Below are positions 16,578 to 26,082 of a stretch of 32,958 nucleotides of DNA, piece after piece. The translations under genes and the position numbers were made by a program. Source of the stretch: a virus (Duplodnaviria; Heunggongvirae; Uroviricota; Caudoviricetes); the IMG/VR virus record IMGVR_UViG_646862326_000003, positions 1 through 32,958 of that record. The stretch is one strand, 5' to 3'. Below the pieces are notes generated by a model. It did no database searches. It was not told the DNA's origin and saw only the letters and a list, made by a program, of their open reading frames with translations. Position 1 is the stretch's first letter, and the number at the start of each line of letters is the position of its first letter.

Positions 16578-17074
16578 TGCCGGTAATTAACACGCATCAG
16601 AATATCGCCGCCTTTCTCGACATGCTGGCCGTGTCCGAAGGGACGGCGAACCATCCGCTGACGAAAAACCGGGGCTATGACGTGATAGTCACCGGACTGG
16701 ACGGGAAGCCGGAAATCTTCACTGACTACAGTGACCACCCGTTCGCACATGACCGACCGGCGAAGGTGTTTAACCATCGCGGTGAAAAATCCACGGCCTC
16801 CGGTCGCTATCAGCAGCTTTACCTGTTCTGGCCGCATTACCGCAAACAGCTTGCCCTGCCTGATTTCAGTCCGTTGTCACAGGACAGACTCGCCATTCAG
16901 TTGATCCGCGAACGCGGTGCACTGGATGACATCCGGGCGGGACGCATTGAGCGCGCCATTTCACGCTGTCGCAATATCTGGGCGTCCCTGCCGGGTGCCG
17001 GTTACGGTCAGCGTGAGCATTCACTGGAAAAACTGGTCACCGTCTGGCGTACCGCTGGCGGCGTACCGGCTTAA
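16577..17074 (+). CDS. K: Endolysin gpK, lambda R-like lytic transglycosylase (165 aa)
   Basis: AFLDMLAVSEGT...GYDVIV...FTDYSDHP...SGRYQ...NIWASLPGAGYGQ closely parallels the lambda R endolysin as recalled. Confidence 0.85.
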   Translation: MPVINTHQNIAAFLDMLAVSEGTANHPLTKNRGYDVIVTGLDGKPEIFTDYSDHPFAHDRPAKVFNHRGEKSTASGRYQQLYLFWPHYRKQLALPDFSPLSQDRLAIQLIRERGALDDIRAGRIERAISRCRNIWASLPGAGYGQREHSLEKLVTVWRTAGGVPA

Positions 17075-17088
17075 ACGGAGTAAACACC

Positions 17089-17514
17089 ATGAAGAAATTA
17101 TCCCTTTCACTGATGCTGAACGTGTCGCTGGCGCTGATGCTGGCACTGTCCCTGATTTATCCGCAGAGCGTGGCCGTCAGTTTTGTCGCCGCCCGGGCGA
17201 TTCTGGCGACGGTTATCTGTGTGGTTGCCGGTGGTGTCGGCGTGTATGCCACAGAGTATGTACTGGAACGCTACGGGCGGGAGCTGCCGCCGGAATCGCT
17301 GGCCGTGAAGATTGTCACGTCGCTGTTTTTGCAGCCGGTGCCGTGGCGCAGACGGTCGGCGGCTCTGGTAGTGATGGTGGCGACGTTTATCTCGCTGGTT
17401 GCCGCCGGGTGGATTTTTACCGCGCTGATTTACCTCGTGGTGTCGGTGTTCTTCCGGCTGATACGTACGGCCTGCCGTCAGCGTTTTGAGGGGCGGGAAC
17501 CATGTCAAGGCTGA
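17089..17514 (+). CDS. lysA: Lysis accessory membrane protein LysA (141 aa)
   Basis: Multi-pass hydrophobic protein following the endolysin; size matches P2 LysA. Confidence 0.7.
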   Translation: MKKLSLSLMLNVSLALMLALSLIYPQSVAVSFVAARAILATVICVVAGGVGVYATEYVLERYGRELPPESLAVKIVTSLFLQPVPWRRRSAALVVMVATFISLVAAGWIFTALIYLVVSVFFRLIRTACRQRFEGREPCQG

Positions 17515-17927
17515 TGATTGTGCTGGTTGTGTTGTTATCACTGGCGGTGGCTGGTCTGTTTATGGTGAAACACAAAAATGCCAGCCTGCGCGCCTCGCTG
17601 GACAGGGCGAACAACGTCGCCAGCGGGCAGCAGACGACCATCACCATGCTGAAAAATCAGCTTCATGTTGCCCTCACCAGAGCAGACAAAAACGAGCTGG
17701 CGCAGGTGGTACTGCGTCAGGAACTGGAGAACGCCGCGAAGCGTGAAGCACAGCGCGAGAAAACCATCACGAGGTTACTTAATGAAAACGAAGATTTTCG
17801 CCGCTGGTACGGCGCTGACCTGCCTGATGCTGTGCGCCGGTTGCACCAGCGCCCCGCCTGCACTGACGCCAGTGATTGTCCACAACGCCTGCCCGAAAGT
17901 GAGTCTTTGCCCGATGCCGGGCAGTGA
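17502..17927 (+). CDS. lysB: LysB, Rz-like spanin (141 aa)
   Basis: N-terminal transmembrane anchor (MIVLVVLLSLAVAGLFMV) followed by a coiled-coil-like region; contains the nested lysC frame. Confidence 0.7.
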   Translation: MSRLMIVLVVLLSLAVAGLFMVKHKNASLRASLDRANNVASGQQTTITMLKNQLHVALTRADKNELAQVVLRQELENAAKREAQREKTITRLLNENEDFRRWYGADLPDAVRRLHQRPACTDASDCPQRLPESESLPDAGQ

Positions 17928-18072
17928 CCCGGAGACGAACGGCGATTTAAGTGCTGATATCCGGCAGCTTGAGAACGCGCTGGCACGCTGTGCCAGCCAG
18001 GTAAAAATGATTAAACACTGTCAGGACGAAAACGATGCTCAAACCCGACAGCCTGCGCAGGGCGCTGACTGA
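17782..18072 (+). CDS. lysC: LysC, Rz1-like outer-membrane lipoprotein spanin (96 aa), nested in +1 frame within lysB
   Basis: ATG at 17782 after a GAGG Shine-Dalgarno; signal peptide with lipobox (LMLCAGC); Pro-rich mature region; embedded within and extending past lysB as in P2. Confidence 0.7.
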   Translation: MKTKIFAAGTALTCLMLCAGCTSAPPALTPVIVHNACPKVSLCPMPGSDPETNGDLSADIRQLENALARCASQVKMIKHCQDENDAQTRQPAQGAD

Positions 18073-18502
18073 TACCGTCACGGTGCTGAAAACTAACCCC
18101 GATATGCTGCGGATATTCGTGGATAACGGGAGTATTGCCTCCACACTGGCGGCGTCGCTGTCATTCGAAAAGCGTTACACGCTCAATGTGATTGTGACCG
18201 ACTTTACCGGTGATTTTGACCTGCTCATCGTGCCGGTGCTGGCGTGGCTGCGGGAAAATCAGCCCGACATCATGACCACCGACGAAGGCCAGAAAAAGGG
18301 CTTCACGTTTTATGCGGACATCAACAATGACAGCAGCTTTGATATCAGTATCAGCCTGATGCTGACCGAGCGCACGCTGGTCAGTGAGGTGGACGGCGCG
18401 CTGCATGTGAAGAATATCCCGGAACCCACGCCGCCGGAGCCGGTCACCCGCCCGATGGAGCTTTATATCAATGGCGAACTGGTGAGCAAGTGGGATGAAT
18501 GA
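18035..18502 (+). CDS. R: Tail completion protein gpR (155 aa)
   Basis: Size and position match P2 R. Confidence 0.8.
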   Translation: MLKPDSLRRALTDTVTVLKTNPDMLRIFVDNGSIASTLAASLSFEKRYTLNVIVTDFTGDFDLLIVPVLAWLRENQPDIMTTDEGQKKGFTFYADINNDSSFDISISLMLTERTLVSEVDGALHVKNIPEPTPPEPVTRPMELYINGELVSKWDE

Positions 18503-18947
18503 GTTTAAGCGTTTTGAAGACCGGCTGACCGGACTGACTGAATCGCTGTCACCGTCAGGGCGTCGGCGACTGAGTGCCGAACTGGCGAAACGTCTGCGGC
18601 AGAGTCAGCAGCGTCGGGTGATGGCACAGAAAGCCCCGGACGGCACACCCTACGCACCACGCCAGCAGCAGAGCGCCAGAAAAAAGACCGGTCGTGTTAA
18701 GCGAAAAATGTTTGCGAAACTTATCACCAGTCGTTTTTTGCATATCCGCGCCAGCCCGGAACAGGCATCAATGGAATTTTACGGCGGGAAGTCGCCGAAA
18801 ATCGCCAGTGTGCATCAGTTCGGTCTGTCGGAAGAAACCCGGAAAGACGGTAAGAAAATTGATTATCCGGCGCGTCCTCTGCTCGGCTTTACCGGTGAGG
18901 ATGTGCAGATGATTGAAGAGATTATCCTGGCTCACCTCGACCGTTAG
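18495..18947 (+). CDS. S: Tail completion protein gpS (150 aa)
   Basis: Size and position match P2 S; overlaps the R stop. Confidence 0.8.
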   Translation: MNEFKRFEDRLTGLTESLSPSGRRRLSAELAKRLRQSQQRRVMAQKAPDGTPYAPRQQQSARKKTGRVKRKMFAKLITSRFLHIRASPEQASMEFYGGKSPKIASVHQFGLSEETRKDGKKIDYPARPLLGFTGEDVQMIEEIILAHLDR

Positions 18948-19013
18948 TTGTGCCATTCCCGACACCTCATCGTCACATTGCCGCCGGTATGACCCGGCGG
19001 CATCCTTCCCGTT

Positions 19014-19649
19014 ATGAACACTCTCGCAAATATCCAGGAACTCGCGCGCGCACTGCGCAACATGATTCGCACCGGCCTTGTCGTCGAAACCAACCTTAAA
19101 GCCGGTCGCTGCCGTGTGCAGACCGGCGGCATGTGCACCGACTGGCTTCAGTGGCTGACCTGTCGTGCCGGGCGTTCGCGCACATGGTGGGCACCTTCCG
19201 TGGGGGAACAGGTGCTGATTCTGGCCGTGGGCGGTGAACTCGACACGGCGTTCGTTCTGCCGGGGATTTATTCCGGCGATAACCCTGCACCGTCTGCGTC
19301 GGCGGATGCCCTGCATATCCGTTTCCCTGACGGGGCGGTGATTGAGTATGAACCTGAAACCAGTGCGCTCACGGTAAGCGGAATTAAAACGGCCAGCGTG
19401 ACGGCTTCTGATTCTGTTACTGCCACGGTGCCGGTGGTCATGGTGAAAGCGTCAACCCGCATCACCCTGGACACACCGGAGGTGGTCTGCACCAACAGGC
19501 TGATTACCGGCACGCTGGAAGTACAGAAGGGCGGGACGATGCGCGGCAACATTGAACACACCGGCGGTGAACTCTCATCAAACGGTAAGGTACTGCATAC
19601 CCATAAACACCCCGGCGACAGCGGCGGCACAACCGGGGGACCTCTATGA
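19014..19649 (+). CDS. V: Baseplate spike/assembly protein gpV (211 aa)
   Basis: Size and position match P2 V; first gene of the V-W-J-I-H-G operon, preceded by a 66-bp promoter-containing gap. Confidence 0.85.
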   Translation: MNTLANIQELARALRNMIRTGLVVETNLKAGRCRVQTGGMCTDWLQWLTCRAGRSRTWWAPSVGEQVLILAVGGELDTAFVLPGIYSGDNPAPSASADALHIRFPDGAVIEYEPETSALTVSGIKTASVTASDSVTATVPVVMVKASTRITLDTPEVVCTNRLITGTLEVQKGGTMRGNIEHTGGELSSNGKVLHTHKHPGDSGGTTGGPL

Positions 19650-19993
19650 CTGCGCGTTATCTCGGAATGAATCGCAGTGATGGCCTGACTGTCACTGACC
19701 TTGAGCATATCAGCCAGAGTATCGGCGATATCCTGCGCACACCGGTCGGCTCGCGGGTGATGCGTCGTGATTACGGCTCGTTGCTGGCGTCAATGATTGA
19801 CCAGCCGCAGACCCCGGCGCTTGAGTTGCAGATTAAGGTCGCCTGTTACATGGCGGTGCTGAAATGGGAACCCCGCGTCACCCTGTCATCCGTCACCACT
19901 GAGCGCAGTTTTGACGGGCGAATGACAGTTACGTTAACCGGCCAGCACAACGACACCGGCCAGCCACTTTCGTTAACCATCCCTGTGAGTTGA
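19646..19993 (+). CDS. W: Baseplate protein gpW (gp25-like, 115 aa)
   Basis: Size and position match P2 W; ATGA overlap with V. Confidence 0.85.
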   Translation: MTARYLGMNRSDGLTVTDLEHISQSIGDILRTPVGSRVMRRDYGSLLASMIDQPQTPALELQIKVACYMAVLKWEPRVTLSSVTTERSFDGRMTVTLTGQHNDTGQPLSLTIPVS

Positions 19994-19997
19994 AACC

Positions 19998-20906
19998 ATG
20001 CCGATTATCGACCTGAACCAGCTACCCGCACCGGATGTGGTCGAGGAGCTGGACTTTGAAACCATTCTTGCTGAACGCAAGGCGACACTGATTTCCCTTT
20101 ACCCGGAAGACCAGCAGGAGGCGGTCGCCCGTACCCTGACGCTGGAATCCGAACCTCTCGTCAAACTGCTGGAGGAAAATGCTTATCGTGAGCTTATCTG
20201 GCGTCAGCGTGTGAATGAGGCCGCACGGGCGGTGATGCTGGCCTGTGCAGCCGGTAATGACCTTGATGTGATTGGTGCCAATTACAACACCACGCGCCTG
20301 ACTATCACCCCGGCAGATGATTCGACCATTCCGCCGACACCGGCAGTGATGGAGTCTGACACCGATTATCGTCTGCGTATTCAGCAGGCGTTTGAGGGCT
20401 TAAGCGTCGCCGGGTCGGTGGGTGCCTATCAGTATCATGGTCGCAGTGCCGACGGGCGTGTCGCGGATATCTCTGTCACCAGTCCGTCTCCGGCCTGCGT
20501 CACCATCTCTGTGCTGTCACGTGAAAATAACGGTGTCGCATCCGAAGACCTGCTGGCCGTGGTGCGTAACGCCCTTAATGGTGAGGACGTCAGGCCGGTG
20601 GCTGACCGTGTGACCGTGCAGTCTGCCGCCATTGTTGAATACCAGATAAACGCCACGCTTTACCTTTACCCTGGTCCCGAAAGCGAACCCATCCGCGCGG
20701 CCGCCGTGAAAAAGCTGGAAGCGTACATCACGGCACAGCACCGGCTGGGGCGCGACATCCGTCTGTCTGCCATTTATGCCGCTTTGCATGTGGAAGGCGT
20801 GCAGCGTGTCGAGCTGGCGGCACCACTGGCCGACATCGTGCTCAACAGTACGCAGGCGTCTTTCTGTACCGAATACCGCGTCGTGACCGGAGGCTCGGAT
20901 GAGTGA
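19998..20906 (+). CDS. J: Baseplate protein gpJ (302 aa)
   Basis: Size and position match P2 J. Confidence 0.88.
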   Translation: MPIIDLNQLPAPDVVEELDFETILAERKATLISLYPEDQQEAVARTLTLESEPLVKLLEENAYRELIWRQRVNEAARAVMLACAAGNDLDVIGANYNTTRLTITPADDSTIPPTPAVMESDTDYRLRIQQAFEGLSVAGSVGAYQYHGRSADGRVADISVTSPSPACVTISVLSRENNGVASEDLLAVVRNALNGEDVRPVADRVTVQSAAIVEYQINATLYLYPGPESEPIRAAAVKKLEAYITAQHRLGRDIRLSAIYAALHVEGVQRVELAAPLADIVLNSTQASFCTEYRVVTGGSDE

Positions 20907-21429
20907 TTCGCGACTGCTGCCGACCGGCTCATCACCGCTTGAAGTCGCCGCTGCAAAAGCCTGTGCGGAAATTGAAAAAACGCCGGTCAGTATTCGTGAG
21001 CTGTGGAACCCGGACACCTGCCCGGCAAATCTGCTGCCGTGGCTGGCGTGGGCGTTTTCGGTCGACAGATGGGATGAAAAGTGGCCGGAAGCGACCAAAC
21101 GCGCCGTTATACGCGATGCCTATTTCATCCACTGTCATAAAGGCACTATAGGTGCAATCCGGCGTGTGGTGGAGCCGCTGGGCTATCTCATCAACGTGAC
21201 GGAGTGGTGGGAAACCAGTGACCCGCCCGGCACCTTCCGGCTTGATATTGGTGTACTGGAAAGCGGTATCACAGAGGCAATGTATCAGGAAATGGAACGG
21301 CTGATTGCTGATGCCAAACCTGCAAGCCGTCACCTTATTGGCCTGAACATTATCCAGGACATTCCCGGCTGTCTGTATACAGGCGGTGTGGTCTGTGATG
21401 GTGATGTTATTACTGTTTATCCCGGATAA
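20899..21429 (+). CDS. I: Baseplate protein gpI (176 aa)
   Basis: Size and position match P2 I; overlaps the J 3' end. Confidence 0.85.
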   Translation: MSDSRLLPTGSSPLEVAAAKACAEIEKTPVSIRELWNPDTCPANLLPWLAWAFSVDRWDEKWPEATKRAVIRDAYFIHCHKGTIGAIRRVVEPLGYLINVTEWWETSDPPGTFRLDIGVLESGITEAMYQEMERLIADAKPASRHLIGLNIIQDIPGCLYTGGVVCDGDVITVYPG

Positions 21430-21439
21430 GTGAGAAACA

Positions 21440-24181
21440 ATGAGCACGAAATTTAAAACCGTTATCACTACTGCCGGAGCCGCAAAGCTGGCAGCCGCCA
21501 CTGTCCCCGGCGGGAAAAAAGTAAACCTGTCTGCAATGGCCGTGGGTGACGGTAATGGCAAATTGCCGGTGCCGGATGCCGGTCAGACGAAACTGGTGCA
21601 TGAGGTCTGGCGTCACGCTCTGAATAAAGTCAGCGTGGATAACAAGAATAAAAACTATATCGTGGCTGAACTGGTTGTACCGCCAGAAGTGGGCGGCTTC
21701 TGGATGCGTGAACTTGGTCTGTATGACGATGCCGGAACACTGATTGCGGTATCCAACATGGCAGAAAGCTATAAGCCAGAACTGGCTGAAGGCTCCGGAC
21801 GTGCGCAGACCTGCCGCATGGTTATTATTCTCAGCAACGTGGCGTCCGTTGAGCTGAGTATTGATGCCAGCACGGTGATGGCGACGCAGGATTACGTCGA
21901 TGACAAAATCGCAGAGCATGAGCAGTCCCGCCGCCATCCTGACGCCACGCTGACAGAAAAAGGTTTTACTCAGTTAAGCAGTGCAACAAACAGCACCAGT
22001 GAAAAGCTGGCGGCAACGCCAAAAGCGGTCAAGGCAGCAAATGACAACGCAAATTCACGTCTGGCGAAAAATCAGAACGGTGCAGATATCCAGGATAAAT
22101 CAGCTTTTCTGGACAATATTGGCGTTACCAGCCTGACGTTTATGAAACACAATGGAATGATTCCAACCACTGACAATCTTGACTCCTATGGCCCAGAAGA
22201 AAAATATCTTGGAACGTGGTCATGTCCGTCACAATCCACTGCAAAACCAGAGTCTGGTTACCCTGAAGATAAAGGCAATGGGGTTCTGGAAGTATTCAAT
22301 GCTGGTCGCTTTCACTGCACACAACGCTACACCACCCGAACCGGTAATATTTACATTCGGATGCTTGATGCAGAATGGAACCCAGCCAGTCCAACATGGA
22401 GTGCATGGAGAGTTATTACAAGCGGGACTCGACCATTAAGCACGTCAATTGACCTGAATTCTTTAGGTGGCGCGGAACACCTGGGAATATGGCGCAATAG
22501 CAGTACATCAATAGCCTCATTTGAACGTCATTTCCCGGAGGACGGGAGCTTTGGTCAGGGTATTCTGGAAGTCTTTGAAGGCGGTCTGTATGGGAGAATG
22601 CAACGTTACACCACCCGTAGTGGGACTATGTACATTCGCGGACTGACTGCCTCATGGGATGCAGAGAATCCACAATGGGAGGACTGGATTGCTGTTGGGT
22701 ATCAGTCCACGGGATGGACTTATTCAGGGGATCTTGATGACCTTTTAAAGCCTGGTATTTATAGCGTCACGAAACAGGCCACAAACGCACCAGTCACCGA
22801 CTCTAAAGATCTTGCTGTTGGCTCAATAGTTGAAGTGAAAAAACGTTGTGATATTGAATCGTATATCCAGACATATACGACAGTTTCTGCAACGGATGCC
22901 TATAAAAACCGGACATTTCAACGAACTCGTGCCAGCGGTGAAGCTGACTGGGGGGAATGGGCGGAAGTTTACAACTCAAAATCATTACTCACTAAATTAG
23001 GTGTCGGCGGTGTTACCGACAGGTTATCCAGTCTGGACTGGCAGACCTACGACTTTGTGCCGGGCAGCATGATAACTGTCAGACTCTCCGATATGACCAA
23101 TATCCCCGATGGGATGGAATGGGGCGTCATTGATACTAACCTGATAAATATCACTGTTGGCCCCAGTGAAGGTGGAGGTGTCGCCCGTTCAATGCAGGTA
23201 TGGCGCAGCACCTCAAACAAAACCAACTATCGTTTTTTTACAGTCCGCTTATATGGCAATCCTGGGGAGCGTAGCTTCAATATTCGTCGGCTACCAATTA
23301 TCGACGAAGCCCAGACATGGGAGGCAAAACAGACATTCAGTGCAGGCCTCTCTGGTGAACTGTCCGGCAATGCGGCGACAGCAACAAAGCTGAAAACAGC
23401 CCGTAAAATTAATAACGTTTCGTTTGATGGAACATCAGATATTAACCTGACGCCGAAAAATATTGGTGCATTTGCTTCAGGAAAAACAGGAGACACCGTT
23501 GCGAATGATAAAGCCGTTGGATGGAACTGGAGTAGCGGAGCCTATAACGCAACTACTGGTGGGGCATCAACGTTAATTCTTCATTTTAATATCGGTGAAG
23601 GAAGTTGTCCCGCAGCCCAGTTCCGCGTTAATTATAAGAACGGCGGTATTTTTTATCGTTCTGCTCGTGATGGTTACGGATTCGAGGCTGACTGGTCTGA
23701 GTTTTATACCACAACGCGAAAACCTACAGCGGGAGATGTCGGTGCACTGTCGTTATCTGGTGGTCAATTGAATGGTGCACTGGGCATCGGAACATCCAGT
23801 GCTCTTGGCGGTAATTCGATTGTTTTGGGTGATAATGACACGGGCTTTAAACAAAATGGTGATGGTAATCTGGATGTTTATGCTAATAGCGTCCATGTTA
23901 TGCGCTTTGTCTCCGGAAGCATTCAAAGTAATAAAACCATAAATATTACGGGGCGTGTTAATCCTTCGGATTACGGTAACTTTGATTCCCGCTATGTGAG
24001 AGATGTCAGACTTGGCACTCGTGTTGTTCAGACCATGCAGAAAGGGGTGATGTATGAGAAAGCAGGGCACGTAATTACAGGGCTTGGTATTGTCGGTGAA
24101 GTCGATGGTGATGACCCCGCAGTATTCAGACCAATACAAAAATACATCAATGGCACATGGTATAACGTTGCACAGGTGTAA
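21440..24181 (+). CDS. H: Tail fibre protein gpH, expanded variant (913 aa)
   Basis: P2-like N-terminus (MSTKFKTVITTAGAAKLAAA) and typical fibre C-terminus, with a longer middle region containing internal tandem repeats. Confidence 0.88.
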   Translation: MSTKFKTVITTAGAAKLAAATVPGGKKVNLSAMAVGDGNGKLPVPDAGQTKLVHEVWRHALNKVSVDNKNKNYIVAELVVPPEVGGFWMRELGLYDDAGTLIAVSNMAESYKPELAEGSGRAQTCRMVIILSNVASVELSIDASTVMATQDYVDDKIAEHEQSRRHPDATLTEKGFTQLSSATNSTSEKLAATPKAVKAANDNANSRLAKNQNGADIQDKSAFLDNIGVTSLTFMKHNGMIPTTDNLDSYGPEEKYLGTWSCPSQSTAKPESGYPEDKGNGVLEVFNAGRFHCTQRYTTRTGNIYIRMLDAEWNPASPTWSAWRVITSGTRPLSTSIDLNSLGGAEHLGIWRNSSTSIASFERHFPEDGSFGQGILEVFEGGLYGRMQRYTTRSGTMYIRGLTASWDAENPQWEDWIAVGYQSTGWTYSGDLDDLLKPGIYSVTKQATNAPVTDSKDLAVGSIVEVKKRCDIESYIQTYTTVSATDAYKNRTFQRTRASGEADWGEWAEVYNSKSLLTKLGVGGVTDRLSSLDWQTYDFVPGSMITVRLSDMTNIPDGMEWGVIDTNLINITVGPSEGGGVARSMQVWRSTSNKTNYRFFTVRLYGNPGERSFNIRRLPIIDEAQTWEAKQTFSAGLSGELSGNAATATKLKTARKINNVSFDGTSDINLTPKNIGAFASGKTGDTVANDKAVGWNWSSGAYNATTGGASTLILHFNIGEGSCPAAQFRVNYKNGGIFYRSARDGYGFEADWSEFYTTTRKPTAGDVGALSLSGGQLNGALGIGTSSALGGNSIVLGDNDTGFKQNGDGNLDVYANSVHVMRFVSGSIQSNKTINITGRVNPSDYGNFDSRYVRDVRLGTRVVQTMQKGVMYEKAGHVITGLGIVGEVDGDDPAVFRPIQKYINGTWYNVAQV

Positions 24182-24184
24182 TTT

Positions 24185-24712
24185 ATGCAGCATTTAAAAA
24201 ATATTACTGCGGGTAATCCAAAAACTGTTGCCCAATATCAACTGACAAAAAATTTTGATGTTATCTGGTTATGGTCCGAAGAGGGAAAAAACTGGTATGA
24301 GGAAGTAAGTAATTTTCAGGAAGACACGATAAAGATTGTTTACGACGAGAATAATATAATTGTCGGCATCACCAGAGATGCTTCAACGCTTAACCCTGAA
24401 GGTTTTAGCGTTGTCGAGGTTCCTGATATTACCGCCAACCGACGTGCTGATGACTCAGGTAAATGGATGTTTAAGGATGGTGCTGTGATTAAGCGGATTT
24501 ATACGGCAGACGAACAGCTGCAACTGGCGGAATTACAGAAGTCAGCTTTGCTTTCCGAAGCTGAAACTATCATTCAGCCACTGGAACGCTCTGTCAGACT
24601 GAATATGGCAACAGATGAGGAGCGTAGCCGACTGGAAGCATGGGAACGCTACAGTGTTCTGGTCAGCCGTGTGGATCCTGCAAATCCTGAATGGCCGGAA
24701 ATGCCGCAATAA
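24185..24712 (+). CDS. G: Tail fibre assembly chaperone gpG (175 aa)
   Basis: [40 protein letters not shown] matches P2 G as recalled; immediately follows H. Confidence 0.88.
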   Translation: MQHLKNITAGNPKTVAQYQLTKNFDVIWLWSEEGKNWYEEVSNFQEDTIKIVYDENNIIVGITRDASTLNPEGFSVVEVPDITANRRADDSGKWMFKDGAVIKRIYTADEQLQLAELQKSALLSEAETIIQPLERSVRLNMATDEERSRLEAWERYSVLVSRVDPANPEWPEMPQ

Positions 24713-25074
24713 GTTGTATGATCTCTGGAGTGAGCTAACGTATCTATAGCACAGAGTAAAGCCTAATCTGACAGTCTGCTCTGTGCTAGGAGCGGACTGA
24801 CCTGCTCCCCGATGATTAATACACAGCTATGCTAGTAATGTCCGTAGATCGCTGTGTGTTGCATCCATCGGTTGAACTCACAGTCCAAACCAGACTGTCA
24901 GCTTTGATTAGATTCTACCTACTCAACCTGTCAGATAAGGTCTGAGCTAATACATCTAATATATGGCTTTGTGCAGGGGACGGCTATCGCGAACGTTAGG
25001 CCAGGTATCTGAATACGCACAGTTCACTTGGTTGTACTTCTTGCACTGATCTGCTATCCCGCACAGCTATTTAT

Positions 25075-25123
25075 AGGTAATCTTCAGTGTATAATCTGCC
25101 AACTTATGGAAGCTTGTACAACA
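25075..25123 (+). promoter_or_regulatory. Candidate promoter -10 (TATAAT, 25080-25085) and Shine-Dalgarno AGGAG for the 280-aa cargo gene
   Basis: Perfect TATAAT about 40 nt upstream of the ATG; AGGAG (25113-25117) 6 nt before the ATG at 25124. The -35 element is weak. Confidence 0.4.
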
Positions 25124-25133
25124 GGAGAAATAT

Positions 25134-25976
25134 ATGAAAAAAGAATTGTTTGGACGTTGCCCGTTTGATCTTGACGAAGATGTAAAAAAAATAGCCGCGA
25201 TAAATAAATATATCCATGCAAAATTTGAGGAGCATAAAAATAAAATAGACAACCTAAAGGGTGTGGAACAAAAATTGATGGTCTTACAGTACTTTAATGT
25301 ACTGAATGAACTTAGTAATCAGGCTATCTCTTCTTTGAATATAGGAGCCTTTTCAGCATCGGAAGTATTAGCTAGGGTTATAATAGAACAGGCTGCCAAT
25401 CAATTTTATATAGCAATAGATGATGGCGAAAATGCACAAGCATTACTCAAGGCTAGTAAGAAATTAGTTCATAGTAATGGAAAACGGTGGCTGGAGTGTT
25501 TAAAATCCAAAGGAATGACTAATCCAGCAGCAAATGAAAGGATTCGCATGGGAAAAGAACTAACTGATCTATTTAATAGATTGTGGCCAAATACACCTGA
25601 ATATCCAGGAACCAGAAAACTTTTTGAATTAATTGGCTGGGAAACACACTATCATGCCCATTACGTTCCCCTTTGTGATTCAATACATACATTCTCTGAT
25701 GATATGGTAAATATAGTATCTCTATATAATGCAATCCAAAGTGATGAAACTACTGCTATCGAATTCATTCTTGCAGTTAAACAAGAAAATAAACGGCTGG
25801 CAATTTATAATTTTGTAATTGCTACGGCCCTTCGGTGTGAGGCCTTAGTAAATGTATTTAACTCTTTAGGTTATCAGGATATTATAACAGAAATGACACC
25901 AACAATAGATACAGTCAACCAGACTATAATTCGATATGATGATTTTGATCATTCCAGAATTGATGATTGTCAATAA
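25134..25976 (+). CDS. AT-rich cargo gene at the Z/fun position between G and FI: soluble protein of unknown function (280 aa)
   Basis: Coordinates as given in the ORF track; by my base count the ATG falls about 10 nt upstream, so the exact start needs checking against the sequence. A 60-nt sample at 25201-25260 is 25% GC. No transmembrane segment or recognisable catalytic motif. Sits between G and FI where P2 carries Z/fun. Confidence 0.7.
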   Translation: MKKELFGRCPFDLDEDVKKIAAINKYIHAKFEEHKNKIDNLKGVEQKLMVLQYFNVLNELSNQAISSLNIGAFSASEVLARVIIEQAANQFYIAIDDGENAQALLKASKKLVHSNGKRWLECLKSKGMTNPAANERIRMGKELTDLFNRLWPNTPEYPGTRKLFELIGWETHYHAHYVPLCDSIHTFSDDMVNIVSLYNAIQSDETTAIEFILAVKQENKRLAIYNFVIATALRCEALVNVFNSLGYQDIITEMTPTIDTVNQTIIRYDDFDHSRIDDCQ

Positions 25977-26082
25977 TTAATTGACAGAATACGTACATGC
26001 GCAACAACTAGTGATAGTTGACTTATTTTCGCTCTTGAGAGACAACCATACTCAAATCTCCCACATTGCAGGAGATTTGAAT

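Noticed and set aside
21440-24712. DNA invertase (Gin/Cin/Pin-type) and invertible tail-fibre segment near H-G
   Set aside because: No recombinase ORF and no inverted-repeat crossover sites flank H/G; the fibre region is in a single fixed orientation.
24713-25976. Retron (msr-msd non-coding RNA with flanking inverted repeats plus reverse transcriptase) at the Z/fun locus
   Set aside because: The intergenic inverted repeats resemble retron a1/a2 repeats, but the only adjacent ORF (280 aa) lacks reverse-transcriptase motifs (no central YxDD or other RT blocks) and is too short for a retron RT. The region is retained as a possible structured RNA only.
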